Positions 1-9,634 are shown, counted from the first letter of the stretch. The stretch is DNA of 45,161 bases from an uncultured bacterium (GCA_964534375.1 CAZHPN010000025.1:1-45161), one strand, 5' to 3'. Notes: a model not told the origin generated them from the sequence alone. Made by a program: numbers and translations.

Positions 1-457
1 CGATCCGTTGCGCGCGGGCGTCGCCCTGCGCCGATTCGTTGCGGGCGTTGACGCCTTCGATCGCGTCGACCAACTCGAACGCGCGCCAGCAGGCCGGCGG
101 CCGGATGCGCGCAATGGCGGTCAACGCGTACGGGTGCGGCACGACCGCCAGGCCGCCGTGGTTGTGAACCCAATCGACGGTCTCTTCGAGCGGCCGGAAC
201 AGCGGCGGCATTTCCTCGACAAAATAGACCAGGATTTCGCCGATGACGGTGTTCACCTCGACGCCCGAGATGATCCGCAGCGGCGGGTCCAGCGCGCGCA
301 ACATCTCGACGCCTTCGAAAGTGTGATGGTCGGTGACGATGACCGCATCCAGGCCGGCGGCGACGGCGTCGTCGATGTAGCGCCGCGGGTCGAGGATGCC
401 GTCCCACGACGCAATCGTATGGCTGTGACAGTCGACGGTCATCATGATGACGCCCAT
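1..457 (-). CDS. PHP (polymerase/histidinol phosphatase) domain protein, 3' end truncated by the window edge
   Basis: Not in the ORF track. Manual minus-strand translation from ATG 457 (alternatives 445/442) gives MGVIMMTVDCHSHTIASWDG...IVTDHH...ISGVEV...AVVPHPY...AIEGVN, i.e. the DxHxH, TDH, GxE and PHP metal-binding motifs. Confidence 0.85.
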   Translation of the reverse strand, partial: MGVIMMTVDCHSHTIASWDGILDPRRYIDDAVAAGLDAVIVTDHHTFEGVEMLRALDPPLRIISGVEVNTVIGEILVYFVEEMPPLFRPLEETVDWVHNHGGLAVVPHPYALTAIARIRPPACWRAFELVDAIEGVNARNESAQGDARAQRI

Positions 458-531
458 TTTACATGGTCCGCCGCGAAAACAAACCCGCCGCGCGGGGCGC
501 CGCCAATCCGCTTGGATACGAGGATTTTGTC

Positions 532-760
532 AACCGCGAATGCGTTCCATACGGCCTTGAATGAGAGGTTTTTTAACCGCGAATGCACGCGAATGCACGC
601 GAGTATGAAATTTGAAAACCGCGGATGAATGAGGGTGAGGGGTTTGGAAGCCGCGAATGCACGCGAATGCACACGAATAGGAAATTTGAAAACCACGAAT
701 GCACGCAAGTGCGCGTTGATCCGTTCTTATTCGCGTGAATTCGCGTGAATTCGCGGTTAA
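532..760. repeat. Intergenic decamer arrays (CGCGAATGCA)n in direct and inverted arrangement
   Basis: A ~50-nt unit AACCGCGAATGCACGCGAATGCAC...GAAATTTGAAAACC occurs at ~575 and ~649. The inverted array ATTCGCGTGAATTCGCGTGAATTCGCGGTT is at 729-758. Confidence 0.9.
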
Positions 761-767
761 ATTCCAA

Positions 768-3074
768 TCATTCACTTTTATTCGCGGTCGTTAGATACGC
801 GTGAATCGCCCGCGCGGCTTTTTGGCCGGCGCCCATTGCCAGGATGACCGTGGCGGCGCCGGTGACGATGTCGCCGCCGGCAAAGACGCCCGGCAGGTTG
901 GTCTGGCCGGTTTCCGGGTCGGCGAGGATATTACCCCATTTGCTCGTCGCGAGGTTTTTCGCGGAACGTGTCAGCAGCGGATTCGGACCTTGCCCGATGG
1001 CGACGATGCCGATTTCGATGGGGATGACGTGCTCCGAATTCGCCACCGGCACGGGGCGGCGGCGGCCGGACGCGTCCGGCTCGCCGAGCTCCATCTTGAC
1101 GCACTCGACGCCGGCGACCCAGCCCTTGCCGTTGTCCATGAAGCGCGTCGGATTGGTGAGCAGGCGGAAATCGACGCCCTCTTCCTCGGCGTGAGCGACC
1201 TCCTCCGCACGCGCCGGCAGTTCGGCGTGCGAGCGGCGGTAGATGCAGTACACCTTCTTCGCGCCGAGCCGCAGCGCCACGCGCGCCGCATCCATCGCCA
1301 CGTTGCCGCCGCCGAACACGGCCATCGTGTCGGCGATGCGCACCGGCGTGTCGTACTCGGGGAAGCGATACGCCTTCATCAGGTTGACGCGCGTCAGAAA
1401 TTCGTTCGCCGAATAAATGCCGTTCAGGTTCTCGCCCGGCACGCCCAGAAAATGCGGCAGGCCCGCGCCGGTGCCGATGAACACGGCGTCGAAGCCCTGC
1501 TCGGCCATCAACTCGCCGAGCGTGGTCGCGCGGCCGATGATGTAGCTCGTGTGGATAACGGCCCCTAGCTTGCGCACGTATTCGATCTCGCGCTCGACGA
1601 TGCCCTTCGGCAGCCGAAACTCCGGAATGCCGTACACCAGCACGCCGCCGGCCTTGTGGAACGCCTCGAAAATCTCGACCTCATGGCCGAGCTTCGCCAG
1701 GTCCGCGGCGGCCGTCAGCCCGGCCGGCCCGGCGCCGATCACCGCCACGCGCTTGCCCGTCGGCGCGGCGATCTCGCACTGGCACTCGACGCCGTACTCG
1801 GCCTCGAAATCGGCGACGAACCGCTCCAGCCGGCCGATGGCGATCGCGTTGCTCTTTTTCGCGAGCACGCAAAACTGCTCGCATTGCACCTCTTGCGGGC
1901 AGACGCGGCCGCACACCGCGGGCAGGCTGTTGACGCGTTTGATCGCTTCGACCGCTTCGAGAAAACGCCCCTCCGCGGTCAGCTTCACGAACTCGGGAAT
2001 CGGCACCTCGACCGGGCAGCCCTTCATGCACGGCCGCGTTTTGCACTGCAGGCAGCGCGACGCCTCGGCCCGCGCCAGCCGCGAGGTGTAGCCCAGCGCC
2101 ACCTCGTTGAAATTGGCGATGCGCAGCCGCGGGTCTTGCACCGGCATGTCGACCCGCCGTTTGACCTTCTCCGGCGCGCCGCGGCCCCCGCCGGTTTGCT
2201 GGAAATCCCACAGCGCGCGGTTTTCTTCCGACCGGTACATGCTCTGCCGCGTCATCAGCTCTTTGAATTCGACCGCGTGGCCGTCGAAGTCGGGCCCATC
2301 GACGCACACGAACCGCGTCACGCCGCCAACCTGCACGCGGCACGCGCCGCACATGCCCGAGCCGTCGAGCATGATCGAATTGAGGCTGACGTCGGTCGGC
2401 GTCGCGCTCGGCCGCGTCACGTCGCAAACGGCGGCCATCATCACGACGGGGCCGATCGCCCACACATGGTCGATTTTTTCGCGCGCCAGCAAATCCGCCA
2501 GCGCCTGCGTGACGAAACCGTGGCGGCCGTAACTGCCGTCGTCGGTGCAGACGATCACCTCGTCGCTCACGGCTCGCATCTCGTCTTCGAGGATCAGCAA
2601 CTCGCGGTTGCGCGCGCCCATGATCGTAATGACGCGGTTGCCGGCCTGTTTCAGCGCCCGCGCCACCGGAAACACCGGCGCTACGCCCACGCCGCCGCCG
2701 ACGCAAACGACCGTGCCGAAGCGTTCGATGTGCGACGGCTCGCCGAGCGGCCCGACCAGATCGAGCACCATGTCGCCGGCCATCAACTGGCCGAGGCGGC
2801 GGGTCGAGGCGCCGACCTCCTGGAAGATGATCGTGATCCAGCCCTCTTCGGGGTTGGCGTCGACGATCGTCATCGGCACGCGTTCGGCCTTTTCGTCGAT
2901 CCGCAAAACCACGAACTGCCCCGCGCGGGCCTTGCGCGCCAGCACCGGCGCTTCGAGGCGGAACTCGACGACCGCCGGCGCGAGGTTGCGGCGGTTCAGG
3001 ATGCGGGCGTTGCGAAAGCCGTCGCTCTGGCACAGATGCCGCGGCGGGCTCAGACGATCAACGGCGTTCTGCAT
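768..3074 (-). CDS. nfnAB: Fused NfnA-NfnB (SudB-SudA type) NADH-dependent reduced ferredoxin:NADP oxidoreductase; family often auto-annotated as bifunctional PyrK-like/glutamate synthase small chain
   Basis: The N-half has ERVPMT, GGGVG and DGSGMCGACRV...CVDGP (FAD/NAD and Asp-ligated 2Fe-2S). The C-half has CLQCxxxxCxxxCP, CGRVCPQExQCE, GAGPAG, GGGNVAMD and FAGGD. Confidence 0.9.
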   Translation of the reverse strand: MQNAVDRLSPPRHLCQSDGFRNARILNRRNLAPAVVEFRLEAPVLARKARAGQFVVLRIDEKAERVPMTIVDANPEEGWITIIFQEVGASTRRLGQLMAGDMVLDLVGPLGEPSHIERFGTVVCVGGGVGVAPVFPVARALKQAGNRVITIMGARNRELLILEDEMRAVSDEVIVCTDDGSYGRHGFVTQALADLLAREKIDHVWAIGPVVMMAAVCDVTRPSATPTDVSLNSIMLDGSGMCGACRVQVGGVTRFVCVDGPDFDGHAVEFKELMTRQSMYRSEENRALWDFQQTGGGRGAPEKVKRRVDMPVQDPRLRIANFNEVALGYTSRLARAEASRCLQCKTRPCMKGCPVEVPIPEFVKLTAEGRFLEAVEAIKRVNSLPAVCGRVCPQEVQCEQFCVLAKKSNAIAIGRLERFVADFEAEYGVECQCEIAAPTGKRVAVIGAGPAGLTAAADLAKLGHEVEIFEAFHKAGGVLVYGIPEFRLPKGIVEREIEYVRKLGAVIHTSYIIGRATTLGELMAEQGFDAVFIGTGAGLPHFLGVPGENLNGIYSANEFLTRVNLMKAYRFPEYDTPVRIADTMAVFGGGNVAMDAARVALRLGAKKVYCIYRRSHAELPARAEEVAHAEEEGVDFRLLTNPTRFMDNGKGWVAGVECVKMELGEPDASGRRRPVPVANSEHVIPIEIGIVAIGQGPNPLLTRSAKNLATSKWGNILADPETGQTNLPGVFAGGDIVTGAATVILAMGAGQKAARAIHAYLTTANKSE

Positions 3075-3101
3075 CGGGAAATCTCCTCGGCCGGACCGCG
3101 G

Positions 3102-3500
3102 TCAGTTTCGTTCCGCGAGCAGCCGGCGGATCAGCGCCAGTACGACCTCGGGCTGGTACGGTTTTTCCAAAAACGCGGTCGTCTTCATCCAGTGGCCGTC
3201 GCGGCTCTGATTGAACTCGAAGCCGGTTTTCTCGTGCACCGAGGTCACCATAATGATCGGGATGTCGCGCAGCGCGGGATCGGAGCGGATTTTGCTCGCG
3301 ACCGTGAAGCCCGTGTCGTGCTTCTCCAGCATCAGGTCGAGCAGGATCAGGTCCGGCTTGTCGAGTTGCACGCGCTCCAGGCCTTCCATGCCCGTCTTCG
3401 CCGCGAACACCTGGAAGCCCTCGGACTCCAAGTGCGCGCGCACCGCGAACAGCAGATCCGGGTCGTCGTCGATAATCAGGATTTTCGTCGCCTCGCTCAA
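3102..3500 (-). CDS. Single-domain response regulator receiver
   Basis: TTG start at 3500 follows AGGAG. Motifs ILIIDDD, PDLILLDLM, IPIIMVT and FLEKP. The ORF-track extension to 4334 is spurious. Confidence 0.88.
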   Translation of the reverse strand: MSEATKILIIDDDPDLLFAVRAHLESEGFQVFAAKTGMEGLERVQLDKPDLILLDLMLEKHDTGFTVASKIRSDPALRDIPIIMVTSVHEKTGFEFNQSRDGHWMKTTAFLEKPYQPEVVLALIRRLLAERN

Positions 3501-4069
3501 GGCTGCTCCTTGCGGCCGAACGTCCAGTTTCGCTGTTTTCTGAACGGCGCCCCCGTGCCCCGGCAAGCCCCGTCCGGCCACGGGGAGAATAATAACGGAG
3601 CGGCCAAAGGAAAGCAAACCTGAGCAATTTCGGCGGGCGGCTGCGCCACAAAATATCAGGGCGGGTGGGGACACCCGCGCACCCCGGGCCGGCACGGCAG
3701 GATTCGGGCAGTCCACGGATTTCTTAGCGTGACCCTTCGGGCCGCAACCAAATGGCGGCCTTCGGCCGCGGTCGACGGATTGGTCATTTTCCCCATTCCG
3801 TCCCCCGGAAACAAGCGCCGCAACAAGCCCGCCGGCCGCCACGCCGCAACGGCGGCGGCCGTCATGCTTCTTGCGGCGAAGTATTTTTGCGGGGGACGGA
3901 ACCGGGAAAAATGACTTTGGCAGGCCACGCGCGGACGCCGGTCGGCTTCCCAAGGTTCCCGGCGGGTAGGCGACAGGCAGGGACCCTCGCGTGGGATAGA
4001 AAAGGGAGTCACACAAACCCTCTTGATCCCGGGAGTATCCCATAAACGCTTTTGTACAGAAACACGGCG

Positions 4070-4302
4070 CGGTTGCAGCCGGCGTCGCGGTCCACGACCA
4101 GCACGCCCGGCAGCGGCTGGTCGCCGAAGACCTCCCGCGGTACGGAGGCGGCGCGCGTCGGGCGGAGCAAAAACAGACTGAGTTGCTCGGTGGCGAACAG
4201 CCACGCGTAGCCGTCACGGTGCGCTCGCGGACGTCCAGTTCCGCCAACCGTGCGCCGCAGTCCGGACAACAATCGGGCGCCGGGATCTCCACCACCCGAT
4301 CA
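4070..4302 (-). pseudogene. IS66-family transposase (TnpC) remnant, internally deleted and frameshifted
   Basis: One frame reads DRVVEIPAPDCCPDCG...VRERTV (IS66 zinc-finger region). An adjacent frame reads DGYAWLFA...TRAASVPREVFG...GVLVVDRDAGCN, matching the IS66 core pattern GVLVxDRYxxYN. Confidence 0.7.
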
Positions 4303-4518
4303 TTTGTGCCATGTTTTTGAGAAAATCGCGCCAATCACGACCGAACCGCTATGGCCGCACTCGCAGCAGCTCAACGAAAATCCCAGCGTCGATCACGACC
4401 GTCCACCCGTAACTGACGCATTACGTGTCGTATCCAGCCGTATACAGCCGCGCTTTTCAAGTCGGGCGTTGTCTGGTAACCTTTAACGACGGCGGTTTTC
4501 GGGAAGGGAGCGTTTGTC

Positions 4519-5484
4519 ATGCGTCTGCACGCGACCATCTTCATTTTGGCGTTGTTATTTCTCCCCGTAATTCTGGGCGGCTGCGGCAAAGCGCACCCGG
4601 GCGGCTCGACGCCGTCGCTCGATGACGACACGATTTTGTCCGATGACGACGCGGCCGCGGACGACGACAACGACGCTGCGGACGACGACGACAACGACGA
4701 CAACGACGACAACGACGATTCGTCTCCCTCGCTCCCCGCCAAGGGCACCCGTAATCCGATCGTGCTGATGCATGGCTTTTTCGGCTGGGGCGACGTCGGA
4801 TCGCTGTCGTATTTCGCGGGCGTGCAGGCCGATCTGACGGCGCAGGGCTACGACGTGTACGAGCCGGCGGTGTCGCCGATAAACTCCATGGAGGACCGTG
4901 CGGCCGCATGGGCGAAAGACATCGACGCGCATTTCGGCGCCGGGACGAAGGTCAACATGATCGCGCACAGCCAGGGCGGCCTCGATGCGCGGTACATGAT
5001 TTCGACGATGCACTGGGGCGATCGCGTTGGGGCGCTGGTGATGGTTTCGACGCCGAACCGCGGCACCGTGCTGGCCGACATCGCGACCGGTTTGATTCCG
5101 GGGATCGCGCAGGACGTCATCAACTGGATTTTGAACCTGCTCGGCATGAGCATGGAGGGCATCACCGAGCTCTCGCACGCGTACGTCGAAAACGTGTTCA
5201 ACCCGGCCAACCCGGACGACCCGCGCGTCGGCTATTACTCGTTCCAGGTCAACGCGGCGACGAATTGCTTTTTCCTGCTGCAGCCCACGCACCTGATCAT
5301 CGAGACGTTTGACGGCGCCAACGACGGCGTCGTCGACGACACCAGCGCCAATTGGGGCGTGCACCTCGGGTTGGAGTCGGCGGATCATTGGTCGATTATC
5401 GGCCAGCCGGTCGGCCTCGCGAATTTCGACCAGATCGACTTCTATCGCGGCATCGCCAAGTTTCTGCGGGATAATGATTACTAG
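4519..5484 (+). CDS. Lipase/esterase (alpha/beta hydrolase) lipoprotein with Asp-rich linker
   Basis: Lipobox ILGG-C, poly-D/N linker, PIVLMHG, AHSQGG nucleophile elbow, STPNRG, NDGVV and ADH. Confidence 0.9.
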   Translation: MRLHATIFILALLFLPVILGGCGKAHPGGSTPSLDDDTILSDDDAAADDDNDAADDDDNDDNDDNDDSSPSLPAKGTRNPIVLMHGFFGWGDVGSLSYFAGVQADLTAQGYDVYEPAVSPINSMEDRAAAWAKDIDAHFGAGTKVNMIAHSQGGLDARYMISTMHWGDRVGALVMVSTPNRGTVLADIATGLIPGIAQDVINWILNLLGMSMEGITELSHAYVENVFNPANPDDPRVGYYSFQVNAATNCFFLLQPTHLIIETFDGANDGVVDDTSANWGVHLGLESADHWSIIGQPVGLANFDQIDFYRGIAKFLRDNDY

Positions 5485-5493
5485 GCGGCCGCG

Positions 5494-7086
5494 TTGACGG
5501 TTCCTGCGCCGCTCCCGACCGCGACGGCGCCGGGATCGCGCGCCGCGTCGCTCCTCGGTCTATTCATCGCCGCGGCGGCGTTTGCGCTGTATGCGCGCGG
5601 GCTGAACGGCCCTTTCCTTTACGACGACACGTTCACGATCATCAAAAACCCCGCGGTGCGCGACCTCGGCTGGGCGCTGCGGACGTTCGGCAGCCCGACG
5701 GCGCTGGCCGCCAACGATTCCATCATGGCCGTGTATCGGCCGATGCTGCCGCTCGAGTTCGCGCTGATTCACGCCGTGTTCGGCCTGCGCCCCTTCGGCT
5801 TCCATTTGGTGTTGGCGCTCCTGCACGCGCTCAACGCGTGGCTCTTGTTTTCGCTGCTGCGCCGCGCGACGAGTTGGCGGCCGGCGGCCTGGGCGGCGGC
5901 CTGGTGGGCATTTCATCCGGCGCAGGTCGAGGCCGTGCAGTTCGCTTCGGGTCTGCGCGACGTTTCGACCGCAACCTACCTGCTGCTGACAGCGTTGCTG
6001 CTGGCGCAGCGGCGTGCGCTTCCCGCGGCCCTCGCCTTCCTGCTCGCGTTGCTGTCGAAAGAGATTTCGGTCATGGCCGCGGGCGCGATTTTTGTCGGGG
6101 CCGGCCTGGCCGCGACCGGCGATTGGCGGCAGCGCGGGCGACAGGCGGCGGCGACGGCGGCGCCGTTTCTGGCGTTGGCCGGCTTGTACGTCGTCCTGCG
6201 CGCGTCGCTGATGGGCGTCACGCAAAAGCACGAGTATTGGGGCGGCTCGCTCGGCGTCACCGCGTTGACGATGGCCAAGGTGTTCCTCACGTACCTGCGG
6301 GTGACGTTGCTGCCGATCTGTTTGCGCATTCAGTATTACCCGACGTTCGAGCACGGCCTGAGCCCGCCGGTCGTCGCCGGAATTCTGGCGCTGGCCGGCA
6401 TGATCGCGGCGGCGTTGTCGCTGGTCCGTCGCCGGCCGTTGACCGCTTTCGGGATTTTCGCTTATTTCGTCTTTCTGCTGCCCGTCAGCAATCTCCTGCC
6501 GACCGTGCAGTTGATGAACGAACGGTTTTTCTATCTGCCGCTGGCGGGCGTCGCGGCCGTCATCGCCGACACGGCGGCGCGGCTGCCAGCGCGGCGGGCG
6601 CGCGCGGCGGCGGGCGGCGTCGTGCTGGCGCTCTTGTTCGTGTTGACGTGGGCGCGCATCGGCGTCTGGCTCGACGAGGAAGTTTTCTTGAAAGACATCG
6701 TCGGCAAGGAGCCGCGCATTCCCGGTTATCAGCGCGCGCTCGGCGAGATCTATCGGAAGCAGGGGCGGCTCGCCGACGCCGAACAGGTGTTCGCGCGGAT
6801 GCGGACGCGTTGGCCGGACAGCACCGAGTTCGCGGTCACGTTGGCCGGCGTTTACGCGAGCGAGGGGAAATTCCCCGAGGCGGAAAGAACGCTGCGCGAA
6901 ATCCTGGTGCGCCGGCGGGAGAGCGTCGCCGCCGCGCGGGCGCTCGCGGATTTCTTATTCGACCGCGGCCGGTTCGCCGAAGCGGCGTCGATCTACGAGC
7001 AACTCGCCGCCGTTCTGCCGCAAGACGCCGAACTGCAACAACGCCGCCTGACCGCGCGCGCCGCGGCGAACGCCGGCGCGCCGTAA
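5494..7086 (+). CDS. TMTC-like GT-C membrane glycosyltransferase with C-terminal TPR repeats
   Basis: FLYDD...IIKNP, YRP, FHL, HPAQVEAV, LLSKE and ERFFYLP motifs, many TM segments and a helical TPR tail. The TTG start is uncertain. Confidence 0.8.
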   Translation: MTVPAPLPTATAPGSRAASLLGLFIAAAAFALYARGLNGPFLYDDTFTIIKNPAVRDLGWALRTFGSPTALAANDSIMAVYRPMLPLEFALIHAVFGLRPFGFHLVLALLHALNAWLLFSLLRRATSWRPAAWAAAWWAFHPAQVEAVQFASGLRDVSTATYLLLTALLLAQRRALPAALAFLLALLSKEISVMAAGAIFVGAGLAATGDWRQRGRQAAATAAPFLALAGLYVVLRASLMGVTQKHEYWGGSLGVTALTMAKVFLTYLRVTLLPICLRIQYYPTFEHGLSPPVVAGILALAGMIAAALSLVRRRPLTAFGIFAYFVFLLPVSNLLPTVQLMNERFFYLPLAGVAAVIADTAARLPARRARAAAGGVVLALLFVLTWARIGVWLDEEVFLKDIVGKEPRIPGYQRALGEIYRKQGRLADAEQVFARMRTRWPDSTEFAVTLAGVYASEGKFPEAERTLREILVRRRESVAAARALADFLFDRGRFAEAASIYEQLAAVLPQDAELQQRRLTARAAANAGAP

Positions 7087-7220
7087 GCGGGTGAATGTTA
7101 ACGGCAGCACTTTGACAGGATAGACTGGATTTGCCGGACGGACAGGATCGGCCGAGATTGCCAGCGCCGGCCGCCGCGAATAAACTTGCGCCGGTCGATT
7201 CCGCCGCAAGGAGATGTTTG

Positions 7221-8606
7221 ATGTCCGATTGCCAATGGCCCGCCTTCGAGCCTTACAAAACAAAAATGGTCGAGAAGATCCCGCTGACGACGCCGAGCCA
7301 GCGCCGCGCCGCCGCCGAGCGGGCGAAATACAACCTGTTTCTCCTGCGCGCGAACGAGGTGACCATCGATCTGCTGACCGACAGCGGCACGGCGGCGATG
7401 AGCGATCAGCAATGGAGCCGCATCATGGTCGGCGACGAATCCTACGCGGGCGCCGAGAGCTTTCACCGCTTCGACAAGGTGGTGCGCGAGATCACGGGGA
7501 TGGAGCACGTGCTGCCGTGCCACCAGGGGCGCGCGGCGGAAAACCTGCTCTTTTCGGCGATGCTCAAACCCGGCGACATCGTGCTCAACAACACGCACTT
7601 TGACACCACCGAAGCCAACGTCGTGACGAAGGGCGGCCGGCCGGTCAATCTGCCGTGCGGCGAGGCGCTCGATCCCCTGTCCGACGCGCCGTTCAAGGGC
7701 AACATGGATGTCGCGCGGCTCGACTGCACGCTGGCCGACAACCCGGGCCGAGTGGCGCTGGTGATGATGACGGTCACCAACAACAGCGTCGGCGGCCAGC
7801 CGGTCAGCATGGCCAATATCCGCGACGCGAGCGCGGTCTGCAAGGAACACAAAGTCCCGTTCTTTCTCGATTGCGCGCGCTACGCCGAGAACTGCTGGTT
7901 CATCCAGCGCCGCGAGCCGGGCTATCTGAAAAAAAGTCTGACGGCGATCGCCCACGAGATGTTCGGTTACGCCGACGGCGCCTTGATGAGCGCGAAGAAA
8001 GACGCGTTCGTCAACATCGGCGGCTTCCTGGCGATGCGCGACGCCGAACTGCGCACGCGGGTCGCGGTGCAGATGGTCGTCGTCGAGGGCTACGTCACCT
8101 ATGGCGGTCTGGCGGGCCGCGACCTGGAGGCGATCGCTCAAGGCCTGCGCGAGGGCCTCGACGAGGATTACATGACCGGCCGCATCCGGCAGGTGGCCCT
8201 GCTGCACCGCCGCCTGACGGAACTGGGCGTGCCCTGCCTGAACCCGGCCGGCGGCCACGCCGTCTTCCTCGACGCCCGGCGGATGGTCCCCGGCGTGCCG
8301 CAGTCGCAATTCCCCGGGCACGCCGTCGCCGTCGAGTTGTATCTCGAAGGCGGCGTGCGCGGCTGCGAAATCGGCTCGGTGATGTTCGCGCACCCCGATT
8401 CGGTGACCGGGGAAATGACCTATCCGGCTTTGGAACTTGTGCGCCTGGCGATTCCGCGCCGCGTTTATAGCGACAACCACATGGAGCACGTCGCGCGCAC
8501 GTGCGCCGCCGTGACCGCCCGCGCCGACCGCATCGCCGGCATGCGCTTCATCTACGAGCCGCCGCGCCTGAAGCACTTTTTGGCGCATTTCGATCGGGTG
8601 AAATAA
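7221..8606 (+). CDS. tnaA: Tryptophanase (PLP beta-eliminating lyase)
   Basis: AAGGAG RBS, IDLLTDSG and MSAKKD (PLP lysine). FDTT, EIGS and LKHF are tryptophanase-type rather than the tyrosine phenol-lyase FTTT, ERG and LRFF. Confidence 0.88.
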   Translation: MSDCQWPAFEPYKTKMVEKIPLTTPSQRRAAAERAKYNLFLLRANEVTIDLLTDSGTAAMSDQQWSRIMVGDESYAGAESFHRFDKVVREITGMEHVLPCHQGRAAENLLFSAMLKPGDIVLNNTHFDTTEANVVTKGGRPVNLPCGEALDPLSDAPFKGNMDVARLDCTLADNPGRVALVMMTVTNNSVGGQPVSMANIRDASAVCKEHKVPFFLDCARYAENCWFIQRREPGYLKKSLTAIAHEMFGYADGALMSAKKDAFVNIGGFLAMRDAELRTRVAVQMVVVEGYVTYGGLAGRDLEAIAQGLREGLDEDYMTGRIRQVALLHRRLTELGVPCLNPAGGHAVFLDARRMVPGVPQSQFPGHAVAVELYLEGGVRGCEIGSVMFAHPDSVTGEMTYPALELVRLAIPRRVYSDNHMEHVARTCAAVTARADRIAGMRFIYEPPRLKHFLAHFDRVK

Positions 8607-8617
8607 GGGCGGCGCGC

Positions 8618-9634
8618 CTACATCAAGAAGTGGCCGGTGCTGACGTCGAACAGCAACTCGTAGCGCATTTCCGCGCCGCTGCGCGTGCGCCCGACGCAAT
8701 CGAGCATCAAGCAGAGTTTCCGGGTCGTTTCCCAGGCGAGCACGGGCGCGACGCTGGCCCGCCAGGCGGCGCGCAGCGCTTTCTCGCCGAGCGGTTCGCG
8801 GGCTTGCCGCAAGGCCCGGACAATCAGCGCGACGGAGCCCTGCAAGGCGTGCTTGTCGATGCGCTCGGGGTTGAACACGAGGGCTTGCTCGCCGATCAGG
8901 AGTTCTTTCAGGCCCAACCCGTCCAGCAACAGCGCGCCGATGGCCGCGTGCCGGGTTGCGTCGAACCCAAAGCGCTCCGCCAGCCGGTCGGTCAGCGCGG
9001 TTTTCGGCACGAGATCGTCGGCGAGGATGCAGGCCGCCGTTTCGTGGAAGAATTCGGCCAGCGGCTCCCGCAACATGGCGCGCGTGTCGCGCCGGTACTC
9101 GCCCGCGAGAAACCGCCCGAGTTCCTCCAACGTCGTTCGTTGCGCCTGGCGGATGCGTTCGCGCGTCAGGTGGCGCGGCGCCCCGATCGCGTCCAGCACG
9201 AGGCGGCGGCCGTCGAGAAAGCCGTAGCGCCGCAGAATCACTTCGCGGTTCAGGTCGTTTCGGCGAAAGGCGACGTCGCGATCGAGCAAGAAGAAAACGG
9301 CCTTTTCGAGCCAGTCGAACGACGGCCGAAAACTGGCTTTCGCTGGAAACCAAACCATATCGCTGCGGGCGGCGATCTTCGCCAGTTCCCATGGTTGTTC
9401 TTCCGCCAGGAACTTCACGCGTTCGAATTCCCGGAGCGAGACGGCCGTGCGGATCGGCGCCGCCAGGTACTTCTCGGTCGTGATTTGCGGAATGTCAGCC
9501 GCGGTCTGCACGCCCAGCGCCTCGAGGCGCCGGTGCACGCTGGGCCAGATCGCGTGCGCGATTTGATGGAGGTGGATGTTCTCGAGTTCCGGCGGCAACG
9601 GCTTCGTTGTCTTTTTCACTGGATGCAAAGTCAT
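8618..9634 (-). CDS. Hypothetical protein with a sigma70 region-4-like HTH and a possible RNAP alpha-CTD-like N-terminus
   Basis: VILRRYGFLDGRRLVLDAIG...LTRERIRQ matches the sigma region 4 pattern. PSVHRRLEALGVQTAADI loosely resembles the alpha-CTD helix-hairpin-helix. Confidence 0.65.
   Translation of the reverse strand: MTLHPVKKTTKPLPPELENIHLHQIAHAIWPSVHRRLEALGVQTAADIPQITTEKYLAAPIRTAVSLREFERVKFLAEEQPWELAKIAARSDMVWFPAKASFRPSFDWLEKAVFFLLDRDVAFRRNDLNREVILRRYGFLDGRRLVLDAIGAPRHLTRERIRQAQRTTLEELGRFLAGEYRRDTRAMLREPLAEFFHETAACILADDLVPKTALTDRLAERFGFDATRHAAIGALLLDGLGLKELLIGEQALVFNPERIDKHALQGSVALIVRALRQAREPLGEKALRAAWRASVAPVLAWETTRKLCLMLDCVGRTRSGAEMRYELLFDVSTGHFLM

Noticed and set aside
8..628. 206-aa plus-strand ORF
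   Set aside because: Antisense shadow of the PHP gene.
532..760. CRISPR array, or short ORFs 442-708, 530-775 and 573-767
   Set aside because: Units are tandem decamers without unique regular spacers and there are no cas genes. The ORFs are translations of the repeat (IRVHSR).
3501..4334. N-terminal extension making a 410-aa regulator
   Set aside because: Read-through of intergenic DNA and the IS66 relic. A good RBS and TTG are at 3500.
7087..7220. tnaC-like leader peptide
   Set aside because: No short Trp-containing leader ORF with the TnaC pattern was seen upstream of tnaA.
7221..8606. Tyrosine phenol-lyase call
   Set aside because: Specificity positions (FDTT, EIG, HF) match tryptophanase.
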